Assembly (NCBI RefSeq): GCF_964204865.1 | Contig: NC_135253.1 | Location: 24,924,001-24,988,000 of the forward strand | Direction of reading: 5' to 3' | Source: Styela clava | Lineage: Eukaryota | DNA: 64,000 nucleotides | Shown here: positions 53,001-64,000 of the stretch, piece after piece | How positions within the stretch are numbered: position 1 is the first letter of the stretch | How the letters are laid out: each line of letters begins with the position of its first letter | Notes under the pieces: generated by a model | Databases searched by the model: none | What the model was told of the DNA's origin: nothing | The model's input: the letters and a program-made list of their open reading frames with translations, nothing else | Position numbers and translations under genes: made by a program

Positions 53001-53938
53001 ACCGATGTACGCCCGAGTTCTCCATCGGGGCCGAAAAATATGTCCTTAAACTCTCTTAACAAAAAAAACAATTGTCGGTACTGATCAGCCGAAAGTCCTT
53101 CCGTCGATGTAATCAAGTCCTGGAGATGGTCAGGTAATCCATTGAATTCTTCCGCCGTTTCAGAGACTGGCGCCACCATTGTTTCACGGACAAAGTATGG
53201 TTGAGCTATGCCAATTAAAGATCCTGTGGGTAGGACAGCATCATAGTCGGTCTCATTGTTCATCCAAACGGGTACCTCCTTCTTAGACGGGTCAACCAAC
53301 GTCAGCGAAGCGACCAAATTGAGGTTGCCTATCTCCACTGGCTCAACAACGGCTACTATGTTAGGTCCCTGGACGGGCCACGGCTGCTGTAGCTGAGCGA
53401 GTACAACAATTCCAGAGCGTGCCGGTATTACCACATCCTCCTCTACCGTCACACGACAGCAAGAAACCGATGTTTGGTGCTGCACAGTAACATCTTGTCC
53501 CCCAAGGACAAAGCGACCCAACGAGGGATACAGAACACAGTCCCATTTGCCAAGATAGTCCATACCTAGAATGCCCATTCGTGACCCTAGATCAGCGACA
53601 ACAACCGTGTGCTCCACAGACCAGCTTTCAATCGTCAAGTTGACATCAAGTGCACCATGAGACACTAATGACTCGCCACTGGCAGTACGCAGTGGTACTT
53701 GAAAAGAATGCAGTTCTGGAATGTACGAATTTTTCTGTAACATCGAGTAAACAGCGGAGACACCTGCACCGGTATCAATCAAAAACAAAACAGGCACGTT
53801 ATTGACCAAAGCCTTGACATGCCATCCATTAGTCCATGTAAGAGAAGAAATCATAGTCGAGAGAAGTGGGTCCATATCATCATCTAAAATCATGTTAGCA
53901 GGGAGTGCGGACCTCATCCCTGCTGTTCCGAGTTTAAA
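50041..53938 (-). pseudogene. pol: pol copy B, frameshifted
   Basis: Same domains; RT HLDD instead of YLDD, 12-nt deletion after DTGAGVS, RT/RH frameshift at ~52095; GPF motif intact. Confidence 0.93.
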
Positions 53939-55373
53939 GACTGGCTGGGAGTGGGAGCACTACTTACTGGTCTTTGTTCAGTGGTCTGGGAACAGTTTCG
54001 GCTAATATGCCCTGATTGTCCGCATCGGAAACAAGTCGGTCCACCCGTGTTGTTTGGACAATCTCGAGCCCAATGACCCGTTTGCTTACAGCGGGGACAT
54101 GGTGTGGACGGTAGTGTAAGAGCTTGTGGACTGCGACAATCACTGATCCTATGCCCCACCTGTCCGCATCTGAAACAAGAGGTACAAAAAGTCGGAGATA
54201 CGCGGGTTCTCGACGTTTCCGCAACTAAGGCCTCCAGTTGTGCCAGGCGGTTTAAAATCTCCTGGACAATATCAGCTCCAAATATCACCTCGGCCTTATC
54301 GCTAGAAATCTTTGCAACAGTAGCCCTTGGTTTGATCACCTCTTTTGCGGGTTCCCATGACTTCTCATAATATTGATATCTGGTAGCCAACGACATTGCA
54401 TCTTCCAATGTGGCGGGTTGCAAAAGACCAATGTGCAAACGAACTTTGTCGTCTATACCTCGCAAAAATTGCAATTTTGCCAAGTCATCTCGGTCAGCGG
54501 GTTCAAGTATGGATAAGCTCGCCTAGCAAGCTGTCTCAATGCAAGGCCAAATTCATTATAGGTTTCTCTGGCCAACTTCACGCGCTGACTAAAAGCGGCT
54601 CGAAGCGCTTCAATACCACCTTCCACTTCAAAATACTTCTCAAAATGGCGTACGATCGACTCAAAACATTCACGCTCATCCATAGACAATTCTAATAAAT
54701 GACTCAGGCCATCGCCTACCATGCAAAGGCCCAATTCGCTCCCCATCGTGTCCATATCCCAACCATTAGACTTGGCTATAGCTTTAAAATGATATAGAAA
54801 TGAGCCCCAAGGCTCCGATCCATCAAACTTCTCCGGCTGTCTTTCTGGCCTGAACATAATCCCACATGCACTAGTACAACCCTTTGTCATAGGGGTAGAA
54901 AAACCAACCGGATACCTGGGCATGATAGGTGGAGACTCCATTTCCGGCATCGGTCTACTCCCGCAGTTGTTGCCAGGTGGTGTAACTTTTGACTCAGTGT
55001 GCTCTGCCTTGTCACTCTGGTCCTCCCTCATCACATAACTCTGTGGTGCCATTTTGCCTGCCCCTTCAGCTATTCCTCCGGATTCGTTCAAACCGACTTC
55101 GGCACTTTTGCTTTTAACTAATGTCTCAATCACGTTCTCCTGAAAACCATGCAGTATCACTTGCAGCTCCTCTCGCCAATCTTTCACATCTTGATTGAGT
55201 ACCATCGCACTGTCATAACACTGTTTTACATCATTCCCAAGTTCATCTACTGCTCCTTCGATTCCTTCTCCACGCGCTTCCATTGTTGTCCATTTAGCCT
55301 CCAGTACCTTCATTCGAGCAACGAAGTCATCCTCTCCCTTCCTTTGAGCGTTCTTTCTATTTCTGCGTGACAT
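53914..55373 (-). pseudogene. gag: gag copy B, 1-nt deletion frameshift at ~54502
   Basis: GCGGGTTCAAG versus GCGGGTTTCAAG in copy A; split into two ORFs. Confidence 0.92.
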
Positions 55374-55414
55374 ATTATGTTTAGAAGATATCCTGGCGTG
55401 CTCTCGCCAAAAAT

Positions 55415-56201
55415 TGTAGCGTACCGGCAGTCTATGTAATAATTATCCAAGTTCAGAATATCTTCCAATATGATCTGACGTCAAGTTTCCTCCCAATATT
55501 CACTTCAATTTATACTATTTTGTTCTATTTATTAATTACAATTTTAATACAACCAAATACTCCAATGAAATCAATGAAACGAAAAGCATACAATAAAAAT
55601 AACAAATACCAGGCAGTACAATATGAGAAAACAATAAAAATTAGAGACGGACCCTGAAATCAAAGACAACTTTCAATAGCAGCCAGAATAATCCCTATAA
55701 TACGGTACACTAAACCAGCTACTTACAATTTGCAAAATAGGCTGAGAATAGCCCATGACGGGCACTTTAAAAAAACCACAAACAATTCCACAGGTGCACA
55801 AGATTTGAACAGCACTGTTGATAGCCAATTTCATGAATAAACTAAAAATACAACGTCAAAACAACTGTAATTGCACTGTACCGGTAATTAAACCATAATA
55901 TCATCCTACTGTCTAGCATCAAAATATCTAACAATTCCAATCTAATAGTCATAAAACCAAGAGTAAACATCTTTGATAACCTACTTGAGACTTAGAGGCA
56001 CTTTTGCAGATATAAAATACTCTTAAAAACTCAAAATCTAACTGAAACAATCACAACTGCACTGCTGCAAACCACAGCATAGGCTAACAGGATACCAAAA
56101 AAAACAAATCGACAGTGTCAAAGCGCCCTCAGTGTTAAAATACAAAATATAGCAATATTATCACATCACAACATTTAAAAGATAAAACAAGGGTCGTCAC
56201 A
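55415..56201 (-). repeat. LTR 3 (shared between copies B and C)
   Basis: 787 bp, flanked by PBS and PPT. Confidence 0.95.
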
Positions 56202-56297
56202 TTACCCCCCTCTTCTAGATGGAACATTATGACAGAATGTTTTCATCTTCATTAGAAAAATTAAACAACAAAAGAAGCAGTAGTCAACACAAAATAT

Positions 56298-58257
56298 TTA
56301 CACAAAGTCTTTAAAATATGCAGGTTGTCTACGCTCACGCTTAGACATCCTTAAAGTTTGTCCTTCTGGATTGGGCAACTCGTACCAAGGTATTATTTCC
56401 TCACAAGGCTGAAGATCCGCCCCTCCTGGTGTGTGTTCCGCAGAATTCGCCTCTTCCGATGTCTGTCCCCCCGAATCCGGCGCTTCTGGTGTGTGTTCCC
56501 CCGAATCCGCCGGACTATCATCTAGGTAAGCACTTGGTTCCTGGGTCTCTTCATGAATAAAAGGTCGCAAATTATCCACATGAACCACACGCGTCTTGTC
56601 GCCTGGATTCCGTTGTATCTCATAAGTGTGATTTGAGAGACATCTCCTAACTGTGAAAGGACCCTGCCATGAAGAACTCAGCTTCTTCTTCTTGGGTGGG
56701 TAATAGTACCATACAAGGTCTCCCTCTTCAAACTTCTGTGGTTGCACATGAACATCAAAATTTCTCTTCTGTCGCAAGGCAGCTTGATTCAACTGATTTC
56801 TGGCCCATACAAAAGATTCCTCAGTGACATCTTTAAACCATTCCACATATTCGGTATAACAAGAATGTAGAGGAGTTTGAGTCGGACGTCCATACATGAC
56901 ATCGATAGGGAGGTCAATCTCTCGGCCACGCATAAGACGATTGGGTGTAAACTGCGTACTTTCATGCACTGTAGCTCTGTAAGCCATGCACAGATAGGGA
57001 ACATGGTCATCCCAATCGTCTCGATGATCGTTCACATAAGGCGTGAGCATTTGCTGAATCGTTCGATTAAACCTCTCCACTTGTCCATCGGATCGAGGAT
57101 GATAAGGTGTCGTATGCGTCTTGACTATACCGTACAAGTCGCACATCTCGGTGAACAACCGAGATTCAAAATCTCGACCCTGATCAGTGTGAATAATCCG
57201 AGGAACTCCAAATCTTGCGAAGAACTGGGTGAGCACATCGGCTGTTACCTCTGCAGTCTGATTGGGAAGTGGATAACACTCCACCCACTTGGTGAAATAA
57301 TCTGATAGCACCAGAAGATGTTCATTTCCATTCTTGGTACGTGGTAGTGGTCCCAAGAAATCCATGGCGACCCGTTCCATGGGAGATCCGCAGAGCAGTT
57401 GTCGTAGATCCCCCTGTTTGCGCCCGTGAGTCATCTTAGCCGCAGCGCAAGGTTTGCAAAACCGGCACCAGAGCAAAATATCTCTTTTAAAACCAGGCCA
57501 GTAAAAACGAGCACGAACACTTTTGAATGTTTTAATAGAGCCTAAATGTCCGGAGGTACGGGCACTGTGTAAATGCTGGAAGATTTCTCTTCTCAATGCC
57601 CCAGGAATGCAAAATTGATAGGCGGGAGCACTAGCCAAAATTTCACCAGTCAAATATAGCAAATGCCATTGAGCTAGATAACGCTTGGTCTCTAGAGATT
57701 CATGCATATAATCCTGTGGCTGGGGTTTATGATATGAACGGCGCTTCCAGGCAATAACTGCAGAAAGATGAGGGTCCTCGGCTTGGCAAGTTCGAATCCT
57801 TTCCTCCGTGTATGTGTCCATCCAGTTACAGCTTGTTGGTATCCCAGGCAAGTCAGCATTATACAGAGGTGCTACTACACGAACATTGATATCAGGTTCC
57901 TGTGAAGTAGACACACAATCTGGGCAGTCCGGGCGCTTACAGCGTCTGGTTTGACGAGATAGACCATCGGCATTACCATGTTTAGTCCCTGCTCGATGTT
58001 CAATGCTGAAATCATACGTGAACAGTGTAGAGATCCAGCGAGCCACCTTCCCTTCGGGTTCTCGGAAATTTAAAAGCCACTTCAAGGCACCATGATCAGT
58101 GCGAATCAAAAAGTGCCTTCCCCACAAATAATGGCGAAAATGTCGTACGGATTGAATCACTGCCAACAACTCCCTTTCAGTGGTACAGTATCGGCGTTCC
58201 GTCTTGAATAGAGTTCTGCTAAAATAAGCAATAACATGTTCTTCCCCATCTTGCAAT
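56298..58257 (-). pseudogene. pol: pol copy C, RNase H-integrase part, cut by DNA transposon insertion
   Basis: Near-identical to copies A and B; 27-nt in-frame deletion (EILASAP); homology stops at CCCCATCTTGCAAT (58257). Confidence 0.92.
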
Positions 58258-59166
58258 AGACCTTATTCATTTAAAATCCATCCTACGCGCAAAAAAAAAA
58301 GTGACGTAAAATTTTTTTTTTTAACATTAGCTCTTATGGGAAATGTGATCACCAGAGCAGAAATTTGCATTTTTTGGGATTTTCTAGCAATATCTCAGTA
58401 TGAACGTGGGCAGTTTTAAAAATAGAATATTTTTTAGATAGTTTTCGATACTTTTATCACTATAAACACGGTCGAGATTTTTTATAATCGTTCATCGAAA
58501 TTTTAATGGGCGAGGTGTTTCCACTGACGTCACTCTCGCTTTACCATGACATTCGGCCATAGCATTGTGGTCTGCGATAAAATGCGCGCCGGCTGCTCGT
58601 TCTTCTCATTCTGTAGGACCGGTAACTGAATACCGACATGTCGTCGCTTAGCATTTAGTGAAAGACCTATTTTCGCTATTGCAGTTATGCTAAAATGGCA
58701 GTCTGTTCACGTATTCAGTCAGGTTATCTTCTCGTTATTGGCTTTGCACATGTCTTACCGATAGAGTGACCTTTCTCTAGAGGCTTGCTGACATATACGG
58801 TACCTGTATCTGTACCGGTAACCTGGTAACGTACGGTACCGGTATTGACTTTACACTTTATGTAATACAGTAATATGATGGTTAGATTAATGTTTGTTTG
58901 TACCGTACCGGTATACGACTTACTGTATCCTACCTATTGTCAAAAATGCAATAAAAGTTTTAGTTTTCACTCTTTAATGCAATACTGGTGCCGGTACCGG
59001 TATGCTTAGGACTGTATGGTACGATAATTATTATACAGTTTTAGACTTAACAGTACCTGGTACCGGTATGTGACAAATCAATTATCGTGTTGGAAATGTA
59101 ATAATCAAATAATTTCTACATTAAGATCCTACTGTACGGTATATTATATAACATATCATTTACAAG

Positions 59167-60686
59167 ATGTCAGGCCGAGTTTGCTGTGTCATCAAATGCA
59201 CCAATCATGCCTATAAACTTCAGAAGTGGAATCATCCCACTGCCCTATTCATAATGTATCGAAAGGTGAAGAAGGCTGTATTTGTACTCCACCGTTCGAG
59301 CATCATCCTTTTCCAACGGAACTCAAAGACCCGGAAGGTCGACAGAATTGGATACATAACATAAATAGAAAAGAACCGGGCAGTAGTAAGTGTGTACTTA
59401 ATTGGCAGCCAACAAAATATTCTCGAGTATGTTCCATTCATTTCGTAGACGGGAGACCCACTTCAAGTAACCCATATCCAACTCTGTGCATGGGATATGA
59501 AACATCAATCGTATCAAATAAAAGATGCTTGCCCAGTTATAGGGCGTCTTATGCACCAAAATGTAAAAAACGTAGAACTGAAGTTTTGGCTGTTCCCACA
59601 AATTTAAATTTCGAACATAATTATTGCCTAAATGCAGATATGGGAAAACTTGCTCAAGTCATCAAAAGTTATAAGATTGAGAATGCCAAATTACGAGGAA
59701 ATAATAGAAATTTGAGATCCGAAGTTGCCAAACTAAAATGTTCATTTCGGAAAGTTACTGCTCTACCTCCATTACATACAGACAAGTCCGTGGCATTTTA
59801 TACTGGGTTTCCTTCAAAAAAAGTTTTAGACAAAGTCACAAACCTTTTAAGAAGCAAGGCACCAAGGACAAACTTTTTAAAAGGCAACGCACCAAGAAAA
59901 CGTATTATCAGCTCCAAAATCTTAATGTCTACCCGGATGCATAAACTGAGCTTTTCTCAACAACTCATTATGACTTTAATGAGGCTAAGACTCGGATTGT
60001 TAATCACAGACCTAGCTGAAAGATTTCATGTATCCCAAGCGACTGCATCAAGGGTTATCGGAAATATGTTGAAATTTTTGTCACATCAGATGAAAAGCCT
60101 AATCAATAATCCATCACGCTATCATATCATGAATTTACCCCGAAAGTTCAGAATAAGACCATACAATAAAGTCAGGTGGATCTTAGATTGTACAGAGTTG
60201 TTCATTGCGACCCCAAAGGACTTGCATATGCAGTGTATTACTTGGAGCGACTATAAACACCACAATACTGCGAAATATCTTTTAAGCGTTCATCCAAATG
60301 GAATGATTAATTTTTTGTCGCGTGGGTGGGGTGGCAGAGCGAGTGACAATCATATAGTCAAGAATAGCGGTTTTTTGAATTTGCTAGAACCTGGCGATAT
60401 GGTAATGGCTGACAGAGGATTTCTCATCAGAGATGAGCTTCTCATTCGTCAAGCAGATCTATTGATACCTCCAGGAAAGCAGGGCAAGGAACAAATGCCT
60501 CTAAGTGATGTGACAGCAACGAAAAACATAGCAAATAGGCGAATTGTGGTAGAGCAAGCCATAGGTCGCCTAAAAAAATTCAAAATTTTACAGTCGGAAA
60601 TACCTATCAGACTATTGCCTCAATTGGACAATATTATGGTAATCTGCGCAGGTATCAGCAATATGAAACCACCCTTCTATTCCTAG
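59167..60686 (+). pseudogene. THAP-domain DDE_Tnp_4-type transposase (~506 aa if repaired), -1 frameshift at ~59230
   Basis: MSGRVCCVIKC in one frame; THAP core FP..W..SRVCSIHF..PTL in the next; HTH LMRLRLGLLITDLAERFHVSQATASR; catalytic ILDCTE, MADRGF, RIVVEQAIGRLK. Confidence 0.88.
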
Positions 60687-60777
60687 GCGACCTAATATCC
60701 TGCCCCCCAATAATAGCCCTATGCTTTTGCTCTGTATTCGTGAGCTTTAACTATAATAGTTAGATATCTAAATTATA

Positions 60778-61221
60778 CAGGGTGTCTCAAAAGTAAGTTA
60801 CGTTTCAGGTACTTGTCTTTTCATTTCTTCAGAAAACATAGTATGGATAACTAGTAAAATTTAGGTAATGTTTGCATTTTTTAACAAACCATAAATGAAA
60901 AGGGGATTAACCTGAGAAATGAGGTGAAAATTCAAATTCTCTGAGGAAAACATTAATTAATAATTTTAAATTCTCTGTTTAATAGGCGCTAAGTTTGCCT
61001 TGCTAATCTACATGCTTTTTGCCAATCAGCAATTTTGCTCCTCATTTTTGGGGTTAATCTTATTGTCATTCTGTGGGTTGGGAAAAAGTGTAAACAATAC
61101 TTATTAAATTTTACTACTTATCCATACTATGTTTCCAGAAGAAATGAATGCTTTATCACGAGTACCTGAAAAGCAAATCAAAATTGAAAGTGTATACCGG
61201 TACTTACTTTTGAGACACATA
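60778..61221. mobile_element. Tc1/mariner-like foldback MITE nested in the ISL2EU element
   Basis: TA-CAGGGTGTCTCAAAAGTAAGT / ACTTACTTTTGAGACAC ends plus long imperfect inverted arms (AAACATAGTATGGATAA / TTATCCATACTATGTTT). Confidence 0.75.
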
Positions 61222-61235
61222 CCTACATGCATATT

Positions 61236-61465
61236 TGCAAAAACTACCTTTTATTTGTGGGGCTGAGCCATCACTGATTTCAATAAGTTTACTTCTTGAT
61301 ATTTCTATTTTTGAGCCCTATTTGTTTCTTGCAAAAACTGCCTTTTTTGTGAAGCAGAACCATTACTGATTAAAAATAAATTTATTTCTTGATATTTCTA
61401 TTTTTGAGCACTATTTGTTTATCTGCAAAAACTGCCTTTTATTTTTGAGGCTAAACTCTTGCTGA
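61236..61465. repeat. 94-bp tandem repeat, ~2.5 copies
   Basis: TGCAAAAACT at 61236, 61330, 61424 with colinear TTCTTGATATTTCTATTTTTGAGC. Confidence 0.8.
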
Positions 61466-62234
61466 TCTATTCATCTATTAAGGACTATTTGAGTGAAACC
61501 CAAATAATAGTTTATTTATATTTGCTTACTCCTCTGCTGCCTTAAATGATTTATTTCATATTCATTTTTTTTACCTAATCTGACATTGAATGGTACTTCT
61601 AGTTCTGCTGTATATCCACATCCCCATTCATTAAACAATTCCTGTATGTAATCAGCATCATTTTGTTACTTGTACTCTTACAAATCATATGCCCACCCCA
61701 GGGATGGACCAAAAATTAAGGGTGATAGGCTCGCAGGACATATTTGTAGAAAGTTAAAAACCTTATTAATGGCCGATAAATCACAGTTAAGAGTTTGAGC
61801 AGCGCATGAAGTGACTGCGCCAACATGGCGTCTGACATTTAATGTGAAATTTTTGTTAAATGTTCAGATGCATATGTCTGGTCTCGTAGTAGATTATGGT
61901 GCTTGGAGTCGACTTTCTTTTGTTGTAATGGCGATTGCTTGGTCACCTCGATGTACAAATCGAACGTATTTAGTTTGATTCATCAAGTTCCTGTTAGATT
62001 TCCCAAAGGGTGCCCCCACTTGTATCAGTTTTTGGCATCTCTAAAATGCGATTTTTTGTGCAAGTTCATACTTTTATCATAGAGAAGAAATAAATGATTG
62101 TGTACTGCAAAATATTCCCATTCATTATAATAGGCGGACTCCTCAATGCTACTTTCCACTTATATTTGTGAGTAGACAGCGCTGCTTTACTCAAACTTCA
62201 GTTTATTTTTCCATGCCCTACAAGGTGGTCTTGA

Positions 62235-62338
62235 AATCCTGAATTTCTCAGTAATAAAAATTTTAGCTGGACCTAAGACTATAATAAATATAGGGCCTAA
62301 GTACAGCTAAAATTTTTATTATTGGGAAATTCAGGATT
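62235..62338. repeat. ~104-bp hairpin / palindromic mini-element
   Basis: AATCCTGAATTTCTCAGTAATAAAAATTTTAGCTG vs CAGCTAAAATTTTTATTATTGGGAAATTCAGGATT. Confidence 0.8.
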
Positions 62339-62450
62339 ATAATGGCTCAAAGCCCCAAAATCTTGAAAAAAGATAGTTCTAAGTTCCAATATGATGGGCT
62401 TGAACATCAGAAATGAAATGTCCGAAACTTACATCTGTTCAGTGCAACTT

Positions 62451-62617
62451 AGGCCCAAGTCATAGGGGGGGGGGGGGAAGCTGAAGTGTGATTAAAAAAG
62501 GTTAATATAATCCACATTAAAATAACCAGAGCTCAGGTTTTCACCAACTGTGAATATCTAGAAATTCAAAAATAAAAAAATTCCAAATTGTTTTTTTCGA
62601 AATTATGACTTAGGCCT
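62451..62617. mobile_element. Short MITE-like element
   Basis: TIRs AGGCCCAAGTCATA / TATGACTTAGGCCT. Confidence 0.55.
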
Positions 62618-63053
62618 GTTCTGTTCTCATAGGGCGATAGTAGTTCATTTAGCATCATTGCTTCATATACTCTTCACCTATAAAATTATTATTTTGTTTT
62701 AGAAGCTGAATCCTTGTGAGCTTTTGTGTTTACATATTGTTTATTTGCCAATACAGCTCGCCATTTGAAAAGCTGACACTCTGCTACGTCTTTGTTGACA
62801 AATAAATGATGATAGCTTATATGCGTGCGTTGGAATTATGTGTGTCAGGGATTGCCTAGGAGTTAGCTGATGGCTTGGAAATCCCATCGCATCTGTGTGT
62901 AATTACTTTAGGCCATGGAAGTACTGGCCGCCTCCATGAAAAGAGTTGATAAATGTAAAAAAAACTGGACTAATTTGGTTCTGGATAACCATAAAGAAAA
63001 ACTCCATTAATATCAATGCTCTTTATTAATATGCAAACAATTTTTTACTCTAG

Positions 63054-63955
63054 TCAAAGCAACTTGGGAGCAACAAACTCATTGAAAAAATATCTCAACT
63101 TGGGCTTTATACCCATCCAAAAACTCTCATCAAACATAATTCTACATCTAATATGACCATGTACAGAGTAAACAAAAAAGTCACACCACTTAGTTTTTGA
63201 AATGGCCATTTGACCTTGAACTTGAAAATAGTATGGGTGTGTGGTTTTTAGCTTTGGTTCCCCCCCTTCATATACAATATATGGTGGCGGAGAGCATGCA
63301 GGAGAGGTATCTCTCAAGCTGTATGGACATTTAATTTCCAAAACACCGTCACCGCAGCATTTGCAATACACCACCATGTCTGGAGATGCCCCTAGGAACA
63401 GCAAGTTTTGGTCAATGAAAAGGCCACATTCTCTAGCTGTTATCTCATGTTTTGTTTGCCTCATCAAATCCAGGTAAACTGACTTTGCAATATTTTCTGT
63501 TTTCACGCCATATTTAACTGCAGGTAAGTGACCTAAATCTTTTTGTAGGCCGAACACTTTGTCTAATATTATATTGAGCCTAACTTGCTTGCCTAAATTC
63601 AAACTATTGACCTTACACACTACCTCATGAAAATTTGAGGCAGTCAGCCTATTTTTGCGTGCCATTTTCCAATCATTATTAGTAGCCTGACCCTTTGTCC
63701 TTCTTTCTAAATCTTCAACCTCATCACTTGTAGCCGCTGTAAGACTATTTTTCCAAACCTCCTTCATACTTAAAAGCTTATCAGATTTACTCTCCTCTTT
63801 CTCTGCATATTCGAACATCAATTCTTGAGACACTGAGGCATGAGCTATGCTGAAACAACTACTCTTTCCAACATCTTTCAAACATTCCAGCCACTGCTCT
63901 GTACTTAGTGGTTTTTCACTTATAGGATCACTCTGTCGACAAATTTTTCTTTTGA
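63054..63955 (-). CDS. YqaJ-like (lambda exonuclease family) nuclease, last exon; 5' exon(s) outside the window
   Basis: TKGQATNNDW..R..RLTASNF, YG..TE, LGASPD..CKCCG..LEIKCP, YYFQVQGQM motifs; frame stays open up to a TTCATTTCAG acceptor at 63956. Confidence 0.88.
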
Positions 63956-64000
63956 CTGAAATGAATATAATAGATTAAGTATATAGAAGTTCATCTCCCT

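Larger units (their letters stand above)
42898..58257 (-). mobile_element. Head-to-tail tandem array of Ty3/Gypsy LTR retrotransposons (LTR-int-LTR-int-LTR-int..)
   Basis: Three 787-bp LTRs at periods 6260 and 6257; gag-PR-RT-RH-IN order; PBS and PPT abut the same shared LTR. Confidence 0.96.
58258..64000 (+). mobile_element. ISL2EU-type (PIF/Harbinger-related) DNA transposon, right end outside the window
   Basis: Begins AGACC right after AT in Gypsy pol; carries a THAP-HTH-DDE transposase and a convergent YqaJ exonuclease, the gene pair characteristic of ISL2EU. Confidence 0.85.

Noticed and set aside
63054-63955. YqaJ as evidence of phage or bacterial contamination
   Set aside because: It has a spliceosomal acceptor and is paired with a THAP-DDE transposase, the known eukaryotic ISL2EU arrangement

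Overview
Eukaryotic (invertebrate, probably ascidian - inference) AT-rich genomic DNA with two parts. (1) 1-42897 is a ~17.2-kb tandem macro-repeat, about 2.5 units. Each unit holds a 9-exon gene missed by the ORF track, encoding a ~355-aa secreted protein (signal peptide, Cys-rich N-terminus, coiled coil built from symmetric phase-1 mini-exons, divergent C-type lectin-like domain), followed by a ~4.5-kb strand-asymmetric 37-bp minisatellite. The units also carry hAT-type, MITE and Helentron-like (HINE/DINE-1-like) non-autonomous elements. (2) Intron 2 of the third gene copy is interrupted at 42898 by a head-to-tail array of at least three Ty3/Gypsy retrotransposons sharing single 787-bp LTRs (minus strand, -1 frameshift gag-pol; the two complete copies are frameshifted). 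The third internal region is interrupted at 58258 by an ISL2EU-type (PIF/Harbinger-related) DNA transposon, encoding a THAP-DDE transposase and a convergent YqaJ exonuclease, which runs off the window and contains nested MITEs. Most short ORFs in the track are spurious.
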